From a virus (Duplodnaviria > Caudoviricetes), in IMG/VR virus record IMGVR_UViG_3300033068_001989, positions 64,001 through 128,000 of that record: DNA of 64,000 nt; one strand, written 5' to 3'. Made by a program: the position numbers and the translations under genes. The notes beneath the pieces were generated by a model. It had not been told where the DNA came from and ran no database searches. It saw nothing but the letters and a program-made list of their open reading frames with translations. The stretch's first letter is position 1, and every line of letters starts with the position of its first letter. Below are positions 56,529 through 64,000 of the stretch, piece after piece.

Positions 56529-59086
56529 TTTTTTTTTACTTCCTCGGATTCATCAATATTGTATCCAGATTTATAAACTTTAGAATCCTTAGCATCGGAT
56601 GCATCGAATTTTAAAACCCCATTCTTGTCACCAGGAGCAGAACTAAGATTATTTTTCCCTAATTCCTTACCGTTTTGTTTATTACTATTACCAGGTGCTT
56701 CCGCTAGATTTTTCTTAGTGTTAGCATTTTTACCTTTATTCATTTCATCGTTACCAGGAGCATCAGAAAAATCAGGGTCGGTAGAACCGTTTGTTAATTT
56801 AGATTTACCTTTTTTATCTGGTGCATCAGCTAATGATTTATTTTTTACATTAACCTGTGGAGCTTTTTTATCGTTACCTGGAGCTTTAGAATAATTAGTT
56901 TTAGGTGTTGAATTCTTTAAATCTGCCTTACCCTCATTCATTGTTCTATTATATCCATGTAAAGAATCACCGTCCATGTCTATCTTTTCGTTATCGTTAC
57001 CTGGGGCTTTAGAAAATCCATGCATTCCAGCAAGTTTTTTTAACATTTTCTTTTGCTCGCTTTCAGGTAAATCCGACTTATTGAGGTTATTAGATTCTTT
57101 AACCTCACCAGAATCGTCATTGTTATCATCAGCAGCTTCAGCATTATCATCAGCAGCTTTATTTAGTGCTTCGTCAAGATCAGCAAGCTCGTTTATCTGA
57201 TGATCTGCAGTTTTTCCACTATCTAAAAGAATAGTGTATCTACCAGATGATCCATCAATAGATATTACTTTACCTGTTTCTCCTGATTCTTTAACTTTAA
57301 CAAAAGATCCTATATTAAATTTCTGATCCTCGAATAAATCAGAATTTGGTAATAATGTTATATTCTCTTCTACTTTCTGTATTTCGATATTTATCTGATT
57401 CCATTTAGTTTTAAGAGTTTGTAGTTCTTTCTCCAACATTGAATGAGCAACATTTATCTCCTTTGAATTCTTATATAAAGGATTAGATTCCATAAGTGTT
57501 TCAACCTTATTAATCTCACCTTCAATTTTAGAAATATTTTCAAGAATCTTATTTCTATCATTAATCATAACAGATTTAATTTTAGATTCTCCATCAAGAA
57601 ATTCTGTTAAACCTTCTGAAATATCATATCTCATAAAGTTCTTAACAAGTGATACTGCTTGAGATCCATTAACTTCATATAGCGAATTTTCTCTCATAGC
57701 CTCATTTATTTTCTGAAGATATATCTGTCCGTTCCATTTGAAAAGGTTAATAGCAAGGCCTTCATATACATTAGATGTTATAGATTTAGCAAAATCCAAT
57801 TCAACAACATTAGAATAGTTTGTATAAAGTGTCATAATATCACCTACAACCTCAGATTCATTAACACCAAAGTATGACGAAGATTCCAATCCTATTATTT
57901 TAGCTAATCCAATAGAATCACCAAATCTAAGTTTATCCTTACCTAGATAAACAGATACATTATCGTTCTCTTCAACTAATGTAACTATTTTTTTACCGAG
58001 CTTAATTGAAATACCAGATTCGTTTATTTTAACGTGAGATTTCATCGTCGTTAGTGCAAGTCTTAGGTAATTTTCAGAAAGATTAGAATATTCGGATTTT
58101 GGTAATTTTCTTAGTGTATCTGATGTTGCTTCAAATATACATCCACCAATGAAGAAGAATGTTCTTCCACCCTCGAAAAGTACAGGAGAATAAACTTTAG
58201 AAACAGTAGATTCACCCTGAGCATTAACAGGAATTTCTAATTTTCTGCTATCTGTGCTTTCCTGTATATTAAGAAAATTTATAAGATTTTTAATAACTGG
58301 ATTGAAGCTAAATTTAGAAATATTTCTTACCAATAATCCATTAGATTTATTTTCAGAAACCAACCAAGAATTAAGTGTTTCTGAAAGTTCAGAATAGAAA
58401 GAAGCGCTTCCGCTATTCTTAATAGATTCCAAGACATTAGCAACCTCAATTTCTCTAGAGAATGATTTTGCTTTCTCTTTCAGTTCCTCTGCAATAGGTG
58501 CTATTGAAGAATCCCAAGAGAATGAAGCAAGTTCATTAACAAAGTTATTTATAAGTGAAAATTCAGGAACATTTTTATTATCCAATAGATATTGATACTG
58601 CTCGCATACCATTTTTGCTTTAGGGTAAGTATAAATGGATGACTCCTTTATCTTCTCTATAGCATTTCTAATACCAAGATTTTTTACTCCTTGGGATTCG
58701 ATAAACGATTTTGCAGCGGGATCAGAAGTTTCAAGATTTGCTATACTCTCATATAAAGAATTCTCATTATCTTTATTTTCTTTTGGCTTATCTGAATAAG
58801 ATCCAGAATTGCTTGATGTAGATTTTCCTAAACCTCCCCAAGATTCCATAAGTGAAGCAGCAGCTTTTTTAGAGATCTCTGACTCTTCTCTTTTTATTAA
58901 ATCCATATGATTTTGTATATTATTTCCAGCATTATCTAAATCCAGGGATGCATTATGTTCATTAATTAAAACTGTCATGCTTTCTTTAGAAACTGAACCT
59001 CCATTAAGGAAGCTTTCACATAAAGCTTTTACCTCAGGTGATTTTGTTATTTCTTTTACTTTTTTAACTTGATCTATAAAGTCCAT
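56525..59086 (-). CDS. Large putative prohead core / internal head protein with SH3-like module and xxAPG repeats
   Basis: Many (L/I/V/M)-x-E(S) sites; FNIGSFVKVKESGETGKV; late motif upstream; adjacent to head genes. Confidence 0.5.
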   Translation of the reverse strand: MDFIDQVKKVKEITKSPEVKALCESFLNGGSVSKESMTVLINEHNASLDLDNAGNNIQNHMDLIKREESEISKKAAASLMESWGGLGKSTSSNSGSYSDKPKENKDNENSLYESIANLETSDPAAKSFIESQGVKNLGIRNAIEKIKESSIYTYPKAKMVCEQYQYLLDNKNVPEFSLINNFVNELASFSWDSSIAPIAEELKEKAKSFSREIEVANVLESIKNSGSASFYSELSETLNSWLVSENKSNGLLVRNISKFSFNPVIKNLINFLNIQESTDSRKLEIPVNAQGESTVSKVYSPVLFEGGRTFFFIGGCIFEATSDTLRKLPKSEYSNLSENYLRLALTTMKSHVKINESGISIKLGKKIVTLVEENDNVSVYLGKDKLRFGDSIGLAKIIGLESSSYFGVNESEVVGDIMTLYTNYSNVVELDFAKSITSNVYEGLAINLFKWNGQIYLQKINEAMRENSLYEVNGSQAVSLVKNFMRYDISEGLTEFLDGESKIKSVMINDRNKILENISKIEGEINKVETLMESNPLYKNSKEINVAHSMLEKELQTLKTKWNQINIEIQKVEENITLLPNSDLFEDQKFNIGSFVKVKESGETGKVISIDGSSGRYTILLDSGKTADHQINELADLDEALNKAADDNAEAADDNNDDSGEVKESNNLNKSDLPESEQKKMLKKLAGMHGFSKAPGNDNEKIDMDGDSLHGYNRTMNEGKADLKNSTPKTNYSKAPGNDKKAPQVNVKNKSLADAPDKKGKSKLTNGSTDPDFSDAPGNDEMNKGKNANTKKNLAEAPGNSNKQNGKELGKNNLSSAPGDKNGVLKFDASDAKDSKVYKSGYNIDESEEVKKN

Positions 59087-59168
59087 GGTTTACTTTTTTT
59101 TTATTGATTATATATCCATACAAGGACAAGAAACTTTTTACTATATATTTTATAAATGAAATATTTTA

Positions 59169-59654
59169 TTATCTACCTATTAATATCTCCAATTTTATCT
59201 GAAAATCACTATGAGGATTATTAAATATTATACCTCCATTGTTTAGATATTCATTAGGTTTTGATAAATTCCATCCATCATAGGAGGAATCTGTAGAATA
59301 TTGTTTAGCACCAGAGAGTACCATTAATTCACCCATGTTCATGGTTTGCCCCTTATATACCCAGGTTAGATACTTATTAGATTCAACCATATTATCAGGG
59401 AATTTTGCTTTTATTGCAATAAAGCTAACATATCCCATGGTATCTCCAACATCGCTCTGGCTTAACAAGAAAGATTCACCACCATTTAGGGAAACTCTGC
59501 TTTTCGAAAACGATTCAACACCTATAAGTAGGTCATTCATAGAAAGATATTTTGGTGGAGATGATCTTTTTCCGTCATCAAGTACAAGATTATCTCTATA
59601 AAATCTAAATCCCTCCGGCGTGTCATACGGACACTCTACTGGTCTTGTTGCCAT
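59169..59654 (-). CDS. Putative structural beta-sandwich protein (paralog of 59656-60345)
   Basis: Shared W.Y....MG.xMxLxGA..GW..NGGxIFxNP....KLxI pattern. Confidence 0.55.
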   Translation of the reverse strand: MATRPVECPYDTPEGFRFYRDNLVLDDGKRSSPPKYLSMNDLLIGVESFSKSRVSLNGGESFLLSQSDVGDTMGYVSFIAIKAKFPDNMVESNKYLTWVYKGQTMNMGELMVLSGAKQYSTDSSYDGWNLSKPNEYLNNGGIIFNNPHSDFQIKLEILIGR

Positions 59655-59655
59655 A

Positions 59656-60345
59656 TTAGTTTGCTGTTATTATTGTCAATTTTACAACCATGCTTGTTGG
59701 ATTGGTAAATATAAAACCACCATTAGCACTATTTGGTAAATCGTTATGATTATAGGTACTAAAAGGATCTATATCCCATCCCTTCCAATTATAGCCATTC
59801 TTTATTGCTCCTGTGAGTATCATAAAATCTCCCATAACATTTCGTTGCGAAGCTAGATAATCCCACAATAAAACTTTATCGTCATCATTAGCCTCTGGTA
59901 AATATTCGGCCTTTGCTATTAACATAGATATTTCACCATTGGTATTTGTGAATGATCCAGGATCAAGATTGAAAGAAGTTGTTGGGTTTATTATTATCGT
60001 TTGTTTTTGATAATTAGAAAAACTCTGCAACGGATGGAAAAAATCAGCAACATCAAGAAAGTCCAAAACTTGAGATTGGTAGACAACATCAAAAGATTCC
60101 TTTATAAATTTTACACCTACAGGTTCATTAAATCTTTGGAAGGTTGCTTCTATCGACTTAAATTGACTCTTTATTAATGCAATATTTTTATAATCCGTCT
60201 TAAAAGATCCTGTTGCACCGTTATCTGGGGATTGATTGGGACCTATTGGAAAATTTGAACCACCGCCTGATATCTCATTTCCACCAGGATATGCTGCAGA
60301 TCCTCCGTCGTAGTTATTTATGCTTGGAGCTTCTAAGTCTTTCAC
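59656..60345 (-). CDS. Putative structural beta-sandwich protein (paralog of 59169-59654)
   Basis: LLWDY..VMGDFMILTGA..KGWD..NGGFIFTNPTSMVVKLTII. Confidence 0.55.
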   Translation of the reverse strand: MKDLEAPSINNYDGGSAAYPGGNEISGGGSNFPIGPNQSPDNGATGSFKTDYKNIALIKSQFKSIEATFQRFNEPVGVKFIKESFDVVYQSQVLDFLDVADFFHPLQSFSNYQKQTIIINPTTSFNLDPGSFTNTNGEISMLIAKAEYLPEANDDDKVLLWDYLASQRNVMGDFMILTGAIKNGYNWKGWDIDPFSTYNHNDLPNSANGGFIFTNPTSMVVKLTIITAN

Positions 60346-60359
60346 TATTATTTATTATT

Positions 60360-60971
60360 TTATCTTATCCTAGTAGGATCACTCTCAGGGGTTTCCGTAT
60401 ATACCAGATCCCTAAGATTTGTTATATTTTCTTTTGCTGGTGGATTTACCTCCACATTTACTTCCTCATAAATAGAATTATCAGGTTCAAGTTCCGCCGA
60501 TTCATCAGCAGGCAATTCGATAGAATCGATAGCTTCTGGTTTTATATAATCAACTAGGGATTTTATAAAACCTAATGATACAAGCGGAAGTATTGCTCCA
60601 CTTATTATAGATAGTATTCTTTTCTGATATATTGGATCATCATCAACCAAACCAAATAATTCTATCCACTGTTCAAAATTATTTAGATGTGTATATGCAT
60701 AAAAAGTATTACCCATTGCTTGAACCAGAGTTAATGTTATGAAAAGACACCATACTATAACCTTGTTCATTTTTTCAAGGACTATTAGAGAAGCAAGAGA
60801 TGCAGCTGCACCAATTTCAAACGCTAATGCTAACGATATAGCAAGCCAATCTGGATTTGATAATCTAAAAAAATCTATAACATGTATAGTTGATATAACT
60901 GAAACAATAAGATATAAAGCCACGAAAGTGGATATAACAAATCCATTTATCAATTTATTTTTATCTAACAT
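60360..60971 (-). CDS. Four-TM membrane protein with acidic C-terminal tail
   Basis: Four hydrophobic segments within about the first 140 residues. Confidence 0.65.
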   Translation of the reverse strand: MLDKNKLINGFVISTFVALYLIVSVISTIHVIDFFRLSNPDWLAISLALAFEIGAAASLASLIVLEKMNKVIVWCLFITLTLVQAMGNTFYAYTHLNNFEQWIELFGLVDDDPIYQKRILSIISGAILPLVSLGFIKSLVDYIKPEAIDSIELPADESAELEPDNSIYEEVNVEVNPPAKENITNLRDLVYTETPESDPTRIR

Positions 60972-60975
60972 ATTT

Positions 60976-61215
60976 TTATTTTTCCAATTTTGATATTTCC
61001 TTATCTATTTCCTTCTGTCTATTAACATCCAGAATTTTTCTATCCGTAGATTGAATCATTCTTTTTTCGACTCTAAGCCCTTCCAATTTTATTTCTTTTT
61101 TTATATCTTTTTTCATAGATACAATAGCGGATCCATTTCCGCACGATTTAAAATAGATAAGCAATAAAATAATTATTATTATCTTATTTCCGTGTTCATT
61201 TAAAAATTTATTCAT
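60976..61215 (-). CDS. Small membrane-anchored/lipoprotein-like coiled-coil protein
   Basis: KIIIIILLLIYFKSC followed by a charged helical region. Confidence 0.55.
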   Translation of the reverse strand: MNKFLNEHGNKIIIIILLLIYFKSCGNGSAIVSMKKDIKKEIKLEGLRVEKRMIQSTDRKILDVNRQKEIDKEISKLEK

Positions 61216-61255
61216 CTTTGTATTTTTTAAAAGTTTATTTCTTATATATCCGAAA

Positions 61256-61308
61256 AAATAAACACAAAAAAAAAGCTAGACGAATCTAGCTTTTTTTGTG
61301 TTTATTTG
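61256..61308 (-). terminator. Long intrinsic terminator
   Basis: AAATAAACAC-A run-GCTAGA-cgaa-TCTAGC-T run-GTGTTTATTT. Confidence 0.85.
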
Positions 61309-61310
61309 AT

Positions 61311-61841
61311 TTATCCTAGAGATATACCTTGCATAGCAGCATTAAGTTGTGCCTCAATGTCCTTGATTTCCGAAGCATCTTTCTTAGCATCAGATAAAGC
61401 CTGATCAAAAGCCTTATACAAAGAGATAAATTCAGATGCACTAGCTAACCCAACACCTTTAGATTTAGAGATAAAATAATGACTAGCCTCTAAAGGTAGA
61501 GCACCAAGATAAATAACATCATCCTTGATACCTTCCTTCTCGATCTTAACTATCTCCTTGTTGATTTGAATAATACCTAAAGCTTCAGTAGAAGCCCATT
61601 CGGCTTTATTATTCACAAAATCTTTATATAGAGAGAAAATCTCTTTATTACAAGAAACAGCATAAACCTTCGTTCTAATCTCAGATTTTTTATTCTCTAG
61701 CTTTTCTGTTAATTCACTAATTAATGCATCGTCTAGTGTACTAACAAAATCGGTATCATTGAAATCTACTGAAGATGATGCATCCGGACCTACGTTTGTT
61801 GGCTCGATTTTTTCAGATTCTTTTTTAATGTTTTTTGACAT
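61311..61841 (-). CDS. Hypothetical protein
   Basis: Own promoter-like motif upstream and terminator downstream. Confidence 0.6.
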   Translation of the reverse strand: MSKNIKKESEKIEPTNVGPDASSSVDFNDTDFVSTLDDALISELTEKLENKKSEIRTKVYAVSCNKEIFSLYKDFVNNKAEWASTEALGIIQINKEIVKIEKEGIKDDVIYLGALPLEASHYFISKSKGVGLASASEFISLYKAFDQALSDAKKDASEIKDIEAQLNAAMQGISLG

Positions 61842-61888
61842 AATATTATTTATATTTTATATTTTTAGTTTATTTTTATTTTTTGTTT

Positions 61889-62701
61889 CTATGCTAGATC
61901 GAAAATATCAAGATTATTACATCTATTCTGATCTAAATATGCTCTCAAAGGATCTCTTAGATCTTTTGCTGGATATATTTTTGGTTCTGCGTCTGGTCCT
62001 ATGTGACATAGAAATCCGCTCTCAGTCTCTATTCCTAGTTCATCTTCCAATATTAATCTATATAGAGATATCTGTATAGAATATTCATTATGATGATTTT
62101 CATAAAATGAATTGAAAGGTCTAAGTAGCTTCTTATATTTCCCCTTCGGATGATTATCGTCCTTAAATTCACCATTTGTCTTCCAGTCACCAAGTATAAA
62201 AAGAACCTTATTTCTTTTAGAGTCCCAAAAAAGGAAAGGCTGATCTATAGTACCGGCTAATCTCCATTTTCTAGAAAAAATTCTAAGTTCCGATTTAAGT
62301 GGTACAAGAGAATGGAATTTTCTATTATATAGATCCATAAATTTATCAACTCTAGTTCTATATTCAGTACCTATCTCTGGTAATTCTGGATTCAGTCCGC
62401 TCCAAAAATCTTCTATAAATTTATGAACCTTAGTTCCAAGATCATTAGCAACGTCCCCCTTCTTCTTCCATTCCTCCAATATAACCGATTGATCAACTCC
62501 CTGGTCTCTAGCTTTCCTTTTTGACCAATATTCCTTATCAAATGGTGTTTTAAAATTCTTAATGTATGTAGTTACAGAATCAAATTTTACACCATTATAC
62601 CTATATACATGGCTGGGTTCGTCGAAATTAAAATTACGATCGTCAAAAAATCTTAGCTTTTCATTTATTTCTTTCTTTGCTCTCTCTATAGATTCTATCA
62701 T
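61889..62701 (-). CDS. PD-(D/E)XK exonuclease (Cas4-like/RecB-like family)
   Basis: FDEPSHVY, SVTT, GTKVH, SELRI, AGTIDQ, DWKT, YSIQISLY. Confidence 0.8.
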   Translation of the reverse strand: MIESIERAKKEINEKLRFFDDRNFNFDEPSHVYRYNGVKFDSVTTYIKNFKTPFDKEYWSKRKARDQGVDQSVILEEWKKKGDVANDLGTKVHKFIEDFWSGLNPELPEIGTEYRTRVDKFMDLYNRKFHSLVPLKSELRIFSRKWRLAGTIDQPFLFWDSKRNKVLFILGDWKTNGEFKDDNHPKGKYKKLLRPFNSFYENHHNEYSIQISLYRLILEDELGIETESGFLCHIGPDAEPKIYPAKDLRDPLRAYLDQNRCNNLDIFDLA

Positions 62702-63141
62702 TGAATAGGCAATATATTAGATATCCATTCCCATTTATATATAATAAATGATATTAATGAGATTTCAAAAATGAATCTAAATATCCAGAGCCAGCTAATT
62801 TCTCTAAATACAAACTGATAAACAACAAGATAAGATTCCTCATTAGTACCCTTAACTGGTTCTATCCATACAGTAAGTAATTCCTCAAGATTTAAAGATT
62901 TTAAGTACTCATTTATCGGTTTTATCTCATTCAGTACAAATGATGGCCTTGCTTCCTTTGGTAGATCATTCGACATCAAAACCTCGGGTGGCAAATTTAT
63001 AACAGTATACATTCTATTAAGATAATCTCTCCTTAAATTCCTCCTGCTCCATAGTGGAGAATTAAGCTCCTCCGCTTTTATCTGTTTGGTATATTCCCTA
63101 TATAGGGATATCTCCTTCAGTACTCTCGGTAATTTAAACAT
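62698..63141 (-). CDS. Hypothetical protein with C-terminal TM segment
   Basis: WLWIFRFIFEISLISFIIY; ATGA overlap with the nuclease gene. Confidence 0.55.
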   Translation of the reverse strand: MFKLPRVLKEISLYREYTKQIKAEELNSPLWSRRNLRRDYLNRMYTVINLPPEVLMSNDLPKEARPSFVLNEIKPINEYLKSLNLEELLTVWIEPVKGTNEESYLVVYQFVFREISWLWIFRFIFEISLISFIIYKWEWISNILPIQ

Positions 63142-63189
63142 AATATTTTATTATTTTATACAGCAAAAAGAATCAAAGTTTCTCTAAGT

Positions 63190-63840
63190 CTATTTCTTGC
63201 ATTTTCCTCTTCCTTTACCGGTAATAACCTCAACTGCTTCATTACCAATATTTTTTGTTATTTTACTTCTTGCTCTTCTTATTCTAGTAGCAACAGATCT
63301 TTTCTTAAGACCGTATTTCTCAGCGATATCCTTATATTTCATATTATTGATTTCCCTATCAATCATTATATTCTTATATAAGTCAGGTAGTCCCTCTATT
63401 TCACCAATAACCGATTCATAGATTTCCTCAAATCTGCTGGTTTCATTAAAGAATGAATTAGACTGATCCTCTTCCATGCTGTAGATACCACCGATATCAC
63501 CGATTTCATTATTGGAAGAAAAGAATTCCATTTCCAAACTTGTTCTCGCATTATATTTTTTTTCCTCCTTCATTAATAAAAGAGTTTCATTCCTTGCTAT
63601 ATTATAACACCAGGTAGAAAAATTACCTCTCTCCTCGTTATACTGCTCTATCTTCTGCCATATTTTTGACATGGTATTAAGAAAGGCATCCTCAGCTAAT
63701 GAAGGGTCTTTAACTATTAGAAAACAATGATTCAATATTCCGGGCTTTAATCTTTCAAATAGATTCTTAAATGACTTATCAGTTCTACACTTTATAAATT
63801 CCGATGCTAATTTTTGTATATTTTTTTCCTTCCCTTGCAT
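63190..63840 (-). CDS. ECF-type sigma-70 factor
   Basis: Region 2 AEDAFLNTMSKIW..FSTWCYNIARN; region 4 LPDLYK..MKYKDIAEKYG..SVATRIRRAR. Confidence 0.85.
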   Translation of the reverse strand: MQGKEKNIQKLASEFIKCRTDKSFKNLFERLKPGILNHCFLIVKDPSLAEDAFLNTMSKIWQKIEQYNEERGNFSTWCYNIARNETLLLMKEEKKYNARTSLEMEFFSSNNEIGDIGGIYSMEEDQSNSFFNETSRFEEIYESVIGEIEGLPDLYKNIMIDREINNMKYKDIAEKYGLKKRSVATRIRRARSKITKNIGNEAVEVITGKGRGKCKK

Positions 63841-63841
63841 A

Positions 63842-64000
63842 TTATTGTTTTTTTCTTAAGATTTCTATCCCTGCCTCTGCAAGAAAAGCTATTGATTCTG
63901 GTTTTCTATAAATTTCTGAAAATACTACTCTTTTAATACCGGATTGTATTATTAATTTAGAGCATTCGTAACAAGGAGATAATGTTACATATAATGTTGA
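63842..64000 (-). CDS. dCMP deaminase, C-terminal part (runs off the right edge)
   Basis: STLYVTLSPCYECSKLIIQSGIKRVVF (PCxxC zinc motif). Confidence 0.85.
   Translation of the reverse strand, partial: STLYVTLSPCYECSKLIIQSGIKRVVFSEIYRKPESIAFLAEAGIEILRKKQ

Noticed and set aside
61889-62701. Cas4 as part of a CRISPR system
   Set aside because: No cas genes or array in the window and no four-Cys cluster; a standalone phage PD-(D/E)XK nuclease.
1501-63421. Most short plus-strand and nested ORFs in the track
   Set aside because: Antisense or out-of-frame shadows of well-supported minus-strand genes.
1-64000. Stop-codon reassignment as in some megaphages
   Set aside because: Genes are intact in code 11 and end in TAA, TAG (e.g. 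3394) and TGA (e.g. 35255), with tight packing.
1-64000. tRNA/ncRNA genes, introns, inteins, DGR
   Set aside because: Intergenic gaps are short and explained by promoters and terminators; no cloverleaf, reverse transcriptase, homing endonuclease or intein motifs recognised by eye.

Overview
A 64-kb, AT-rich, almost entirely minus-strand segment of a large T4-like (contractile-tailed) jumbo phage. It is probably a Bacteroidota phage: there are few recognisable Shine-Dalgarno motifs and two TAnnTTTG host-type promoter elements. The standard genetic code is used (TAA, TAG and TGA all act as stops). In transcription order (right to left) the window holds: dCMP deaminase (partial), an ECF-type sigma factor, a PD-(D/E)XK nuclease, membrane proteins, a large prohead-core-like protein, a gp55-like late sigma, gp4, TWO tandem full-length gp20-like portals, DNA ligase, clamp loader, guanylate kinase, an RNase H/5' nuclease, a degenerate UvsE-like protein, a DEDD exonuclease, a nucleotidyltransferase, a protease-scaffold fusion, the major capsid protein, a block of probable internal head proteins, an inserted kinase + AsnB-like pair, a Nudix hydrolase, baseplate/tail genes, a ribosomal protein S1 homolog, an amidoligase-like protein, neck and wedge genes, and tail-appendage genes with Thr-rich tracts next to a glycosyltransferase. 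Main findings: (1) a candidate virion protein O-glycosylation system (SGT1/HPAT-like GT-A enzyme beside mucin-like Thr-rich structural proteins); (2) the duplicated portal; (3) an unannotated -1 frameshift extension of the 853-aa protein at A-AAA-AAC; (4) a readable three-tier promoter code (host TAnnTTTG, ECF-type GRAAY-N16/17-STAHAA, late GATATATA) with promoter/hairpin switches; (5) a capsid-targeting/protease-site signature that marks about 10 probable injected proteins, including a nucleotidyltransferase. All homology calls come from motif recognition by eye; no database search was run.
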